Shown here: positions 1-12,052 of the stretch, piece after piece | Position numbering within the stretch: position 1 is the first letter of the stretch | Layout of the letters: every line of letters begins with the position of its first letter | Assembly: GCF_004010195.1 (NCBI RefSeq) | Contig: NC_057719.1 | Coordinates: 34,693,692 to 34,740,828, forward strand | Direction of reading: 5' to 3' | Length of the DNA: 47,137 bases | Source of the DNA: Chiloscyllium plagiosum | Taxonomy: Eukaryota | Notes under the pieces: generated by a model | Told to the model about the DNA's origin: nothing | Seen by the model: the letters and a program-made list of their open reading frames with translations, nothing else | The model's database searches: none | Made by a program: the position numbers and the translations under genes

Positions 1-1480
1 TCTCCTACATGATCCCCCAGTGACGCTTCATCCACTTTCCCACCTCATTTTCAAGAACCAGGCCCAACATATATCCTTTTGTTGTTAGACTCAATATATT
101 CTGATGTCCGAAACTCTCCAGATTGCTTTTTAAGCTCCTCATTACCACCTTACACTGCCAATATACCAGTTTATATTTGGGTAATTGAAGACCCACATTA
201 TATCTATGTTGTAACTTCTATAATTTCTCTAATTTCCCAGAAGATTTGGTCCTCCACTAGGTGGTGGTCTATGCTAGGTATAGACAAATGTAATTATACC
301 CCTTTTTGTTCTTTAGCTGTAACCAAATTCATTCAATGTTGAACTCTCTGAAACAACCTTTCTCTACCGAACTTCAAAGCCATTCTTAACCAATTTTCTT
401 CCTTTTCTGAAAACCTTGTACCCAGGAATATTTACCAACTAGTCTTGCCCTTCCATGAACCTGTTCATTGCTATTGCCACAAATCATATTTCCACATAAC
501 AGTCTAAGCCTACATCTCTCCAATCTTATTTACTATACAGTGCATTAACATACATACAGAGTAACCCTGATTTAGACTTCACGTCTTGCTTCCTTATTCT
601 AACATTTTCTTGCTAGTGCCATCTGTATCTCAAAATGTTTTATGAACCCTAGTTTTATTCTCCACTAGCTTCTCTTGGTTAGTTTGAAGTCCTCCCAATA
701 GCACGAGCAAAACACCCTGGAAGGACCTCAATCCCAAATCTGTTCAGGTGCAACCAATCCAGCTTGTACAGGTGCCATCTTTCCCAAAGCTAATCCCAGT
801 ATCCCAGAAATCTAACTCCCTCCCTCCTCCACTACCTTTCAGGCCACACGTTAATTTACCTTATCTTCCTACTTACGTACTCATTTGTGCGTGGTGATTA
901 CCACATTACCAGAGAAGACCACCATTGAGGTTAGGCTGGCTAATTTTCTGCCTCGCTCTCTAAATTCTAATTGCAGGACAATATGCCCCATCCTATGCAA
1001 GTCCTTGGTACCAAGGTCGACCATGATCTCTGGCTGTTCACCCTTCTCCAGAAGAATATCCTGCAGCTGCTCTATGACATCAATAACGCTGGCCCCACAG
1101 ACACAAGATATGATTCTGGAGTCACATGTACAGCTACAGAAATGCCTATCTGATTTCTTAACTGATCACTACCACTCAAAGTTTCTTCATCACCCTCTGT
1201 TGTACAGATGAGCCCCTCACAGAGCCAAAGTATGACTCTAACTGCACACACTTTGGGAACCAGTGCTCTCATCAGCTTCCAAAATGAAAAACCAATTGTG
1301 AGCAGGATGCTTTGGTACACCTATAGTACCTGTTTGTTTCTCTTGGACTGCCTAGTGGTCCTCCATTGCATTCCTTCTCAGACCCTTAAGCTGTGAAGTG
1401 GCCACCTCTTTAGATGTATGATCCACATAACTTTCAGTCTTGCAGATGTGCCACAGTAACTTCAGCCACTGCTCAGTTTC
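1..1480 (-). mobile_element. Old degenerate CR1 LINE, 3' part (ORF1 esterase region and start of ORF2 endonuclease), interrupted at 1480/1481
   Basis: Minus strand gives LGLVLENEVG (like CR1 APE LDLVLGNE), LYKLDWLHLNRFG (SGNH esterase DGLHLN motif) and ORF1 end ...GRTSN* at 679-689; many stops and frameshifts. Confidence 0.8.
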
Positions 1481-1846
1481 ACAGAGCAGTGAGGAGAGAA
1501 GGTGAGGTGAAGCAAGGGCTGTTGGGAATGGTACGTTTTCCCACTTAAAAAAGGACTTATCTTGGGAGTGGGGCCTCCATTTTGACAGAGCAGCGAGGAG
1601 AGGTGAGGTGAAGCGAGGATTGCCGGAAAGGTAAGGGCTTAATTTATATTTGGGCAGTGGCTAAACCCGAGATACTACACTTGTAGTATCTCCCTCCCGC
1701 TGCCCCACCCCCAAACCCCCCCACCTCCTCTAACCAGAAGAAAAAGACTCTGTAAGGTAAGGCTTTATTTCATTCTTTATCTTTCTTTTTCATATATTTA
1801 AGTGCATTATTTGGTTTTAGTTAGTTCATATAAAGCTAAGCTTACA

Positions 1847-2811
1847 ATGGCAGGGGACCTCAGACTCATGGCATGTGCCTCTTGCTTGATGTGGGAGCTC
1901 AGGGATGTGGCTGACGTTCCTGACTCTTACACTTGCAAGAAGTGTGTCCAGCTGCAGCTGTTGTTTGAGCGCATGATGGCTCTGGAGCTGCGGATGGACT
2001 CACAGTGGAGCATCTGTGATGCTGAGGAGGTCGTGGATAGCACGTTTCGTGAACTGGTCACACCGCAGGTTAGAATTGCTGAGGGAGACAGTGAATGGGT
2101 GACCAAACGACAGAAAAAGAGTCGGAAGGCAGTACAGGTGTCCCCTGCGGTCATCTCCCTCCAAAACAGGTATACCGTTTTGGATACTGTTGGGGGAGAT
2201 GGCACATTGGGGGAGATGGCACATCAGGGGAGGGCAGCAGTTGTCAAGATCATGGCACTGTGGTGGACACTGCTGTTCAGAAGGGCGGGACAAAGACTCA
2301 TAGGGCCATTGTCATTGGAGATTCTATTGTAAGGGGAGTAGATAGGTAGTTCTGTGGCCGAACAACAGACTCCCGGATGATATGTTGCCTCCCAGGTCCT
2401 CGGGTCAGGGATGTCACCGATCGGCTGCAGAGCTTTCTGAAAGGGGAGGGTGAATAGCCAGTTATCTTGGTGCATATAGCCACCAACGATAAAAATAGAA
2501 AATGAGATGAGGTCCTGAAAGAAGAATTCAGGGAGCTAGGAGAGAAGTTAAAGGGGAGGACCTCAAAGGCAGTGATCTGGGGATTACTACCAGTGCCACG
2601 TGCTAGCCAGCATTGAAATGAAAAAATAGGCAGGATGAACACATGGCTTGAGGGTTGTTGTAGGAGGGAGAAGTTCAGATTTGTTGGACATTGGGACCAG
2701 TTCTGGGGAAGGTGGGACTATTACAAAATGGACAGTCTACATCTGAACCAGACTGGAACCAATGTCCTTGGGGGAGGTTTTGCTACTGCTGTTGGAGAGA
2801 TTTTAAACTAA
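1847..2811 (+). pseudogene. CR1 ORF1: CxxC..CxxC zinc finger/coiled coil plus SGNH esterase; frameshifted
   Basis: MAGDLRLMACASCLMWE...YTCKKCVQLQLL; IVIGDSIVRGVDR; DSLHLNQTG; stop TAA at 2809-2811; 17-bp tandem duplication near 2192-2224 and internal stops. Confidence 0.88.
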
Positions 2812-5674
2812 TATGGCAGGAGGCTGGGAACCAGAAGAGAAGACAAGTAGGCAGTGAGGTGGAGACTGGAGACTGTAAGAATCATGAAGATAACATTAAT
2901 AAAGGGAAGAGTAGGCAGAGAGCAGATGAGCGCAAAAGAACTGTTGGCCTGAAATGCATCTACTTTAATGCAAGGAGTATAGTGTGTAAGGCTGATGAAC
3001 TTAGGATTTGGATTGGTGCCTGCAAGTATGAGGTTTTGGCAATCACAGAGACTTGGTTGAAGGAATGGCATGATGATTGGCAACTAAATGTTCCAGGATA
3101 TAGGCAGTTCAGACAGGACAGGGAGGGAAGTAAAAGGTGGGGGGAGGAGTTGCATTGCTGGTCAGGGATGATATCACGGCTGTTTTAAAGGAGGACACTA
3201 TGGAGGTCTTGGGTAGTGAGGCATTATGGGTGGAGCTGAGAAATAAGAAGGGTGCAGTTACATTGTTGGGGCTGTATTACAGGCCTCCCAACAGTGAGCA
3301 TGAGGTAGAAGAACAAATAGGTAAACAAATAGGGAAAAATGTAGAGGCAATAGTATCGTGCTGATGGGAGATTTTAATTTTCCCAACATTGACTGGGATA
3401 CACTTAGCGTCAGAGGTCTGGATGGGGTAGAATTTGTAAGAAGCGTCCAGGAGAGCTTTCTAGAGCAGTATGTCAATTTTCCAACAAGGGAAGGGGCCAT
3501 ATTGGATCTGGTACTGGGGAACGAGACAGGACATGTAGAAGTTGCAGTGGGAAATTTCTTTGGGAACATTAACCACAATTCTGTAAGTTTTAGAATACTC
3601 ATAGATAAAGATGAGAGTGGTCCTAAGGGAAGAGTACTAAACTGGGCCAAGGCCAATTCTATCAAAATTAGGCAAAAGTTCGGAAATGTGGATTGGACAC
3701 AGCTATTTGAAAGGAAGTCCACATTTGATATGTGGGAGGCTTTCAAAGATAGGTTAAATATAGTGCAGGATAGACATGTCCCGTTGAAGGCAAAGGATAG
3801 GAAGGGCAAGATTCGTGAACTGTGGCTGACAGGAGAAATTGTACAACTAGCCAAGAGGAAAAGGGAAACACACATAAGGTCCATGCAGCTAAGAACAGAA
3901 CGGGCCTTGGAGGAATATTGGAAGAGTAGGACAAGTCTTAAACGAGGAATCAAGCGGGCTAAAAGGGGGCTAAAATGAGATAGCTTTATCGAGCAAAATT
4001 AAGGAGAATCCCAAAGCATTTTATTCTTATGTAAGAAGCAAGCATGTAACTAGAGAAAGGATTGGTCCTCTAAAGGATAATGAAGGAAGGCTGTGTGTGC
4101 AACCTGAGAGATTCTGAATTACTTTGCATCAGTGTTCACTACGCAGAGGAACATGATGAATCTTGAGATTAGAGATAGAAGTTTGATTAGTCTGGATCAC
4201 GTTGACATATGTAAGGGAGATGTGTTGAGTAGGCTAGAGGTTATTAAGGTGGACAAATCCCCAGGACCGGATGGATCTATCCTAGGTTGCTGAGGGAGGT
4301 GAGAGAGGAAATGGCTGGAGCCCTGACAGATATCTTTGTGGCATCCTTAAATACAGGTGAGGTGCCGGAGGACTGGAAGGTTGCTCATGTTGTCCCCCTG
4401 TACAAGGAGGGTAGTAGGGATATTCCGGGTAACTACAGGCCAGTGAGCCTGACGAGAAAGTTGCTGGAGACTGTACTAAGGGATAGGATCTATTTATATT
4501 GAGAAAAGAATGGGCTTATCAGTGATAGGCAACATGGTTTTGTGCCGGGGAGATCGTGCCTTACCAACTTAATAGAGTTCTTTGAGGAAGTGACCAAGTT
4601 GACAGATGAAGGAAGGGCTGTTGATGTCATATACATGGACTTTAGTAAGGCATTTGATAAGGTTCCCCATGGTGCACTAATGGAGAAAGTGAAGTCACAT
4701 GGTGTGCAGGGTGTTCTAGCTGGGTGGATAAAGAACTGGTTGAGCAACAGGAGACAGAGAGTAGTAATTGAAGGGAGTTCCTCGAAATGGAGAAAGGTGC
4801 TCCACAGGGGTCAGTGTTGAGGCCACTGTTTTTTGTGATATACATTAATGATCTGGAAGAGGGCACTGTTGGTATGATCAACAAGTTTGCAGATGACACA
4901 AAGATTTGTGGAGTAGCAGAAAGCATAAGGGACTGTCAGGCAGACATAGATAGACTGGAGAGTTGGGTGGAAAAGTGGCAGCTGGATTTCAATCCTGACA
5001 AATGTGAGGTGATGCATTTAGGCAAGACTAATTCTAGAGTGAATTATACAATGAACAGAAGAGCTTTGGGAAAAGTTGATGAGCACAGAGATCTGTGAGT
5101 TCAGGTCTATTGTACCCTGAAGGTTGCTGCACAGGTGGATAGAGTGGTCAAGAAGGCATATAGCATGCTTGCCTTCATCAGATGGGGTATTGAGTATAAG
5201 AGCTAGCAAGTCATGTTAAAATTGTACAAGACATTGGTTCAGCCACATTTAGAATACTGTGTACAGTTATGGTCGCCACATTACCAAAAGGATGTGGACG
5301 CTTTGGAGAGGGTGCAGAGAAGGTTTACGGGGATATTGCCTGGTATGAAAGGTGCTAGCTATGAAGAAACGTTGAGTAGGTTAGGTTTGTTTTCATTAGA
5401 AAAAAGGAGATTGAGGGGGGACTTGATTGAGGTTTACAAAATCATGAAGGGTATAGACAGGGTAGATAGAGATAAGCTTTTTTCCAGGGTGAAGGATTCA
5501 ATAACGTGTGGTCACGTGTTCAAGGTGAGAGGTGGAACATTTAAGGGGGATACACACGGCAATTACTTCACACAGAGGGTGGTGGGCGTCTGGAACGCAT
5601 TGCCAGCAGAGGTGGTAGAGGTAGGCACGGTAGATACATTTATGATGCGTCTGGACAGATGCATGAGTAGGTAG
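2802..5674 (+). pseudogene. CR1 ORF2: APE endonuclease plus reverse transcriptase; disrupted
   Basis: LKCIYFNARS, ITETW, YYRPP, MGDFNFP, NYRPVSLT, YMDFSKAFDKVPH, PQGSVL, KFADDTK and RRLRGDLIEVYK found in successive ORF fragments. Confidence 0.95.
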
Positions 5675-5791
5675 GGAGCAGAGGGATACAGATGCTTAGG
5701 AATTGGGCAACAGGTTTAGACAGCAGATTTGGATCAGCGCAGGCTTGGAGGGCCGAAGGGCCTGTTGCTGGGCTGTAAATCTTCTTTGTTC

Positions 5792-6000
5792 TAAAACCCA
5801 AAGCTTAAGGTTCTGCAGCAGAAAGTATTTCCTGCAACTGTGGTCATCTCAGGACCCCAATGGAGTCCATAACTTCCCATGTATAAGGGGCCATGCATTC
5901 AACTCAACTGACCTGTGTCATCTTGACTTTTCATACTTCCCTTACAGTAATAACCCTACATCCCTTACTCCACTTTATCTTACTTATATTACTATACTAT
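5792..6000 (-). mobile_element. 5' continuation (ORF1 N-terminus) of the old CR1 at 1-1480
   Basis: Joining 1480 to 5792 restores the in-frame minus-strand ...QNLKLWVLETEQWLKLLWHI..., preceded by an HSCRK zinc-finger remnant; outer boundary approximate. Confidence 0.7.
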
Positions 6001-6404
6001 ATTGGCTCTGGCTTTTACTAATTCCTGGTTCTTCTCAGTTAAACTATTTAATTCAAAAAAAGCACTTTTCTAACTTACAGCAATTTATAGATAGTGCTTA
6101 ATGCCAACAAATGAACTTTTACTGAATTTCTGTAATATCACTGTTTTTCAAACGCAGCTGCTCAGAATGATACTACTCTGACTCCAAGTGAGGTAGGCCT
6201 CAAGCTCCAAGTAATATGTTCCAACTCCAATTCCCAGATCAGTGCAATTTGTACATATGTTTATATTTGCAGATTCATTTATATGCCATTTAAATAGGTT
6301 TCTGAAAGTACACCATTTTTAGAACAATCTCTATATAAACATCTGTCAGAGTGGAGTCACTGCCTTCCTCAGCTGGTGTATTGTATACAGTGAGGGTGGC
6401 ACTG

Positions 6405-6916
6405 TTGAAAGATATGAGTGCATTGGAAACAATGAAGAAGCAGTTTACAAGAATGGTTCTAGGAATGAGAAACTTCAGTTATGAGGATTGATTGAAGAAG
6501 TTGGGACTATTCTCCTTGGCGATAAGGCTGAGAGAAGATTTGATAGGGGCTGTCAAAGTGATGATTGTGCTAGATGGATAGGTTGGGAGAAGCTGATCCC
6601 ACTCATAAAAGATCAAAACTGAAAGTGCATAGATTTAAAATGATGTGCAAAGGAAACAAGTGTGATGTGAGAAAAAAAATTCACACAGCGAGTAGTAGGG
6701 TATGAAATACACTGCTTGGAAGTGTGGTTGCAGACAGGTTCAGTTGATGCATTCAAGGTGGCAATAGATGATTACTTGATTAGAAATAGTGTCCATGGGA
6801 ATGAAGGAGAAAGCAGGAGACTGGCACCGTATGATGATACTCATTTGAAAAGCCAGGACAGACATGATAGGCCAAATGGATTCTTTCTGCATTGTAACAA
6901 TTCTGTGACTCTGTGA
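6405..6916 (+). mobile_element. CR1 3' fragment
   Basis: RT C-terminal remnant (FTRMVLGMRNFSYED..KKLGLFSL) and tail ending attctgtgactctgtga. Confidence 0.8.
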
Positions 6917-7672
6917 AGTAAACATGATTCATAGAAAGTGGATGTTTTTTCAAGAGCATTAAACATTGGCAGTTAAGTAGCTATTAGACATCAGCGTGAT
7001 ACTAGTTTAGGCACAATAGGAACGGTGACCAAGTAATTACAAGTAATGGCTGTGGTTGGAAACAAATAACAGGCTTTACAAGGAAAACAATAATGCCAAC
7101 CTGGTTGAAGATCAAATTAAAGACAGCCTGTCAAGTTTCAAAATGCCAATGTCAAAACCCAAGCACAATGATCACATATTCATCACATTGGATCATATTG
7201 GGTCACATGATAGCCACTCTACCACAATGGAAAATAAGGCTCAGTGCCATGGTTCAGCTGCCTAGGAGAATATGGTATGCCAAAGACTAAAATAAATCAA
7301 GAATATCAATTGGGTGGTTTAAGTCAGAATCTGCTCTGCAGCGCATTGCAGCAAATGGATGCACAGTTCTTGCATGTATAATTGTAAATTTGTCTATTTT
7401 GCATTTTATAACAGCATCCATTTTCCTAATCAAATTCAAATGTGCAGCAGTACCTACACATAAGCAAATCAATACGCACACCAATTTGATTTAACCAGCT
7501 AGCGTTCATTGTAAATCACAAGTCATTGTGAATTTTATGAGATTCTCAGTGATTCCATTGAGAATGTAGTAATTTCAACTGGATCTATATTTTCTTAGTC
7601 CAATCCAATAAATGTCAAAAAGAAAGTAGAGGAAAGAAATCTACATGCTCCTTTGAAAAGTTGACAACAGTA

Positions 7673-7794
7673 ATCTAGCATAATCATCACTTTGAAAACC
7701 CCTATCAAATCTTATCTCAGCCTTATCTCCAAGGAGAATAGTCCCAACTTCTTCAATCTATCGTCATACCTGAAGTTTCTCATTCCTAGAACCA
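7673..7794 (-). repeat. 122-bp inverted copy of 6454-6575 (CR1 sequence)
   Basis: Reverse complement matches with about 8 mismatches and no indels. Confidence 0.85.
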
Positions 7795-8068
7795 AGACAG
7801 AGGATTCAGCCAGTGGAGCCAGCTTCACAAATAACCTGAAACAGTGACTTCAACTTGGAAACAATGAAAGAAAAAATTGCATTTATTTAGCATTTTTGGT
7901 CAATTTGAGAGAGAAGAGTTCAAGGCTGCAATAGAAAAGAACCAGTAAACAGTGGGAAAGAGTATCCCAGGGGCTATGGCCAATGCTGATGTCTTGGGGC
8001 ATGCTTTCAATCCCCCTATTTTGAATGTTGAGATTTAAGTGCAATTGATAAATATGGAATTAAAATCT

Positions 8069-8505
8069 AATCATAGAGATGTACACCACAGAAACAGGCC
8101 CTTTGGTCCAACTCATCCATGCCGACTAGATATCCTAACCTAATCTAGTCCCATTTGCCAGCATTTGACCCATATCCCTCTGAACCCTCTCTATTCATAT
8201 ACCCATTCAGATTCCTCTTAAATGTTGCAATTGTACTAACCTCCACCACTTTCTCTGGCAGCTCACTCCATGCACACACAAGCCTCTACGTGAAAAGGTT
8301 GCCCCTTAGTTCCCTTTTATATCTTTCCCCTCTCAACCTAAACCTATGCCGTCTCATTCTAAACTCACCTACCCAAGGAAAAGACCTTCTCCATTTGTCC
8401 TATCCATACCCCTCATGATTTTAAGTGTATAAGTCCTGCTAAGATTTGCTTTACCAAAATGCAGCACCTCACGTATATCTAAATTAAATTCCGTCTGCCA
8501 CTCCT
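8069..8505 (-). mobile_element. CR1 3' fragment with internal deletion
   Basis: Same subfamily as 46500-47137 (catagagatgtac...atgatttt), then jumps to RT sequence. Confidence 0.85.
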
Positions 8506-8569
8506 CTCTTAGTGATTGTGACCATTACAACAATTGCAAATATTTGAAAATATCAATTTGGTTTATTAA

Positions 8570-8720
8570 CAAGGAATGAAATCTGCCATTCTTACCTTGC
8601 CTGGCCTACATGTGATTCCAGACCCACTGCTTTGTGGATTGATTCTTAACTGTCCTCAATTGAAGGGGAAATAAGTGGGCAACAAATACTGACCATGTTA
8701 GTGACATCCACAACCCATAC
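8570..8720 (+). mobile_element. Fragment of the SINE family seen at 25698-26053
   Basis: Shares ctgccat.cttacct...tggcctaca.gtga.tccagacccac with 25909-25955. Confidence 0.65.
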
Positions 8721-8814
8721 AAGTCAAGAAAAGCAACATTCTGAGGACTCTTTAAACCTAGAGTCAGCTGCATTCAAGATAAACTAATTTGGTAATAGGG
8801 CATCAAGTACCTTT

Positions 8815-9730
8815 AAGTTTAATTCAGACAAATGCGAGGTGAAGCTTTTTGAAGGATCAAATTCAGATCCAAATTATACAATAAATGGCAGAACCCTTAG
8901 GCATATTGACATACAGAATGATCTGGGCGTACAGGTCCACAGATCCCTGAAAGTGGCAACACAGGTGGATAAGGTGGTCAAGAAGGCATACAGCACCCTT
9001 GCTTTCATTGGCCGGGGTATCAAATATAAAAGTTGGCAAGTTATGTTACAGCTGTACAAAACCTTAGTTAGGCCACATTTGGAATATTGCATATAGTTCT
9101 AGTTGCCACACTACCAGAAGGATTTGGATGCTTTGGTGAGAGTGCAGGGGGAAGGTTTACCAGGATGTTGCCTGGTCTGGTGGGTTTTCTGTATGAGATG
9201 AGTTTGGATAAACTTATATTGTTTTCACTGGAAGTACAGAGGCTAAGGGGTGATCTGATAGAGGTCTACAAAATTATGAGATGCATAAATAGTCAAAGGC
9301 TTTTTCCCTGGGTGGAAAGGTCAACTATAAGAGGCACAGTTTCAATAAGACTTAGTACTGTATATTTATAAAGTGTATAATGGGTGAGTACATTGGTGGG
9401 ATGAGTAGTGAAGGGGTGTCTGGCAAATGTAGGACATAAGGAGATTGAAAGTGGTCAGGAGGATGAGAGAGTAAGGAAGGGGGGATGAGGAATGTTTAGG
9501 GGAGAAGTGCAGGGAAATGTTTTCACACACAGAGTGCTGAGTGTCTGGAACACACTGCCAGTGAAGGTAGTGGAAGCAGGTACATTAACAATGTTTAAGG
9601 CAGATCTTGACAGACACACAAACGTGAAGTAAACAGAGGGATAAATACTGCACATGGGCAATAAGTAGCCCAGTAAGAATTGGCAGGGGTTTGGTGGGCC
9701 AAAGGGCCTGTTCCTGTGCTGTATTGCATT
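8815..9730 (+). mobile_element. CR1 3' fragment containing a 135-bp foreign insert (9345-9479)
   Basis: DLGVQVHRSLKVATQVDKVVKKAY, RLRGDLIEVYK; tail gggccaaagggcctgttcctgtgctgta. Confidence 0.9.
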
Positions 9731-10469
9731 ATATTATAAGCATTAGGTCTCTGTTTGCAGATACAACTAGCTTCTGGTATAGGCCCTGGACACCACTTTT
9801 GATGCAGACCCATGTATTTAGCACCCTCAACAAATAGATGGACCAAGGTTCCCTCTTCCATGTGTTCCAATTTTGAATGTAGGCAGCAATATTTACAAAG
9901 AAAACTAACCACTCATATTGAAAAAGTGGACAACATCAGGACATATGTGCATACTGGCAATTGCATGCGTACATACGGTGATGGAGGTGTAGTTCAGTCC
10001 CCATTACAGCAACTTGAATTCAGTCAAATCTTCATATTTTTGACACAAATTCGTATATCACAGGTGTCACTGGGAGATTTTATGTGTAATACGTCGATAT
10101 TGGTAGTCTTAAATCAGACATGGATCAAATGTTATGGCGGAAAATTTACAGTAAGCAAATGCAAACACAAGAGGCTTACTACCTTGTAAATGGTGTAACA
10201 ATTCTCATCCCAAACAAGAACAACTGGCATTGGAGGTGGTGTGGCCAGAGATGGGGCTAAAATTTTTCCAATGGAAGTGGGAGCCAGTGTTAACCCTGAC
10301 ATTGAAATCCTGCCACCGGCTCCAGCTGTGCCAGCTGACAGGATTTGCATCTCTTGGAAAGTAGAAGACCCTGAAGTTGAGATGGATGTTGGATAAACCT
10401 AAAGCAGTTAAAAGCCCACCTCCAGTTCCTGAACAATCAACTCAGTTCTTTAGGTTAGTGTAAAGTTCT

Positions 10470-10604
10470 CTTCCTTACTCTCTCATCCTCCTGACCACTT
10501 TCAATCTCTTTATGTCATACATTTGCCAGACACCCCTTCACTACTCATCCCACCAATGTACTCACCCATTATACACTTTATAAATATACAGTACTCAGTC
10601 TTAT
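10470..10604. repeat. Donor copy of the inverted 135-bp segment at 9345-9479
   Basis: Reverse-complement match with 3 mismatches in 135 bp. Confidence 0.92.
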
Positions 10605-11407
10605 GATAATATTTGGAGATTATCAAAAAGCTGAAATCTGTTGAAATAAACAAACATCACTTGAATAACCATTCTTCTCTCCAGAAAATCGTGCATCTAT
10701 TCAAGCCAAATTCATATTCTCTAAAGGAGCTGAATTTTTTAAAATCTCAAAACTACTGAATCCATTAATAATTGGAAGGAAGCCAAAGCCTTGTGCATCT
10801 TCAAAGCTTTCAAATAATTAAACAGATGACTCAGCTTTTCTACAAATAAAGTTTAAATAATTAGATCTGGGCTAGGTCTAGCTAACTTTGAGCTAGACTT
10901 CCAATATCATTTAATGCACTAGATAATCGATTCCAATACATCTGAATACTTTTCCACTTTTACAATATTGCTCCTTCGTTTAACAACTTGCCAGTTTTCC
11001 AATTTGTTACCTCTCTTTTTTCAATCACAGCACTATCATCACTTACTTTAATAAACATAACATAACTCGGCTAAAGTATTTCATGATGATCTGTAAAAAC
11101 AGACAACACCATTTTAATGCACCTTTAAGACTCAGCTTGCTCCCAATTAATAGTTCACAGTTCCATTCTACATGTCTGAATTAGAAGGGCTTCCAAAATG
11201 GTAATCTCAACAAAAATTCCAGAGGTCTGCAATGCCCACTTCTAGAATGGTGCCAGTAACTTCTGAACATCAATGTACGGGTTCCTGACCTGCCTTTGTT
11301 CCCACTTTGGTGTGAATGGTTGGCACCAGAAATAGAGATGAGACTTTCAGATCTGAACTTCAAATCCCATTTATCACCTCCTTTTAGAACAAAACAAACC
11401 CATGAAT

Positions 11408-11800
11408 TAGCGAGTTTTGAGAAGATTTGTAGCTCAGGTTGATGTAGGTTTGCTCGCTGAGCTGGAAAGTTCATTTCCAGACGTTTCACCACCCTAACAG
11501 GTAACATCTTCAGTGGGCCTCTGTGTGAAGCACTGTTGATAATTCCTGCTTTTTATTTAGGTGTTTGGGTTTCTTTGGGTTGGTGATGTCTTTTCCTCTG
11601 GTGACATTATTTCCTGTGGTGTCACAGGAAATGATGTCACTGCAGGAAATGACATCACCAACCCAAACAAACTCAAACATATAAATAGAAAACAAAAATT
11701 ATCAGTAATGCTTCGCCCGGAGGCCCACTGAAGTTGTTACCTAGTAGGGTGGCGAAACATCTGGAAATGAACCTTCCAGCTCAGTGAGCAAACCTATATC
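11408..11800. mobile_element. Penelope-like non-autonomous insertion (family B), inverted pLTR pair
   Basis: About 370-bp imperfect palindrome centred near 11620; 13-bp TSD caaacccatgaat (11395-11407 / 11801-11813); hammerhead motif in each arm. Confidence 0.8.
11477..11516 (-). ncRNA. Minimal type I hammerhead ribozyme motif (family B)
   Basis: CCA CUGAAGA U GUUACC uguuag GGUGGU GAAA C GUC UGG; the opposite-arm copy at about 11725-11764 (+) has core mutations. Confidence 0.7.
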
Positions 11801-12052
11801 CAAACCCATGAATATTTGACACAGGCCCACCCAGACTATTGGTGGGGTAGTGTCCTGACTATGATCAAATGCATTGGCCTGTTCAATAGCAGAAACAAAT
11901 CTCACCTGGGCAGCTGGGTCTGAATGACCCAGAACTCAAAGAAAAGAACAGGAATCAAGGTTAAATTTCAGCATTCATATAACATGAACCCAGAGAGCAT
12001 GTGAAAACCAAGATGGGTCTGGCCAACATTAGTAAGATCAAATGGAGTCCAG

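Larger units (their letters stand above)
1481..5791 (+). mobile_element. Full-length CR1 LINE (5'UTR, ORF1, ORF2, 3' tail), inactivated
   Basis: 5'UTR with two imperfect repeats (agagcag.gaggaga..ggtgaggtgaagc), ORF1 with Cys motif and esterase, ORF2 with APE and RT, CR1-type 3' end gagggccgaagggcctgtt...tctttgttc. Confidence 0.95.

Noticed and set aside
3258..3953. Long antisense ORFs over CR1 and ERV coding regions (also 39911-40474)
   Set aside because: Shadow ORFs of the opposite-strand coding sequence.
9812..10189. 125-aa ORF or exon in unique DNA
   Set aside because: No recognisable protein; minus-strand exon models tested contain stops in all frames.
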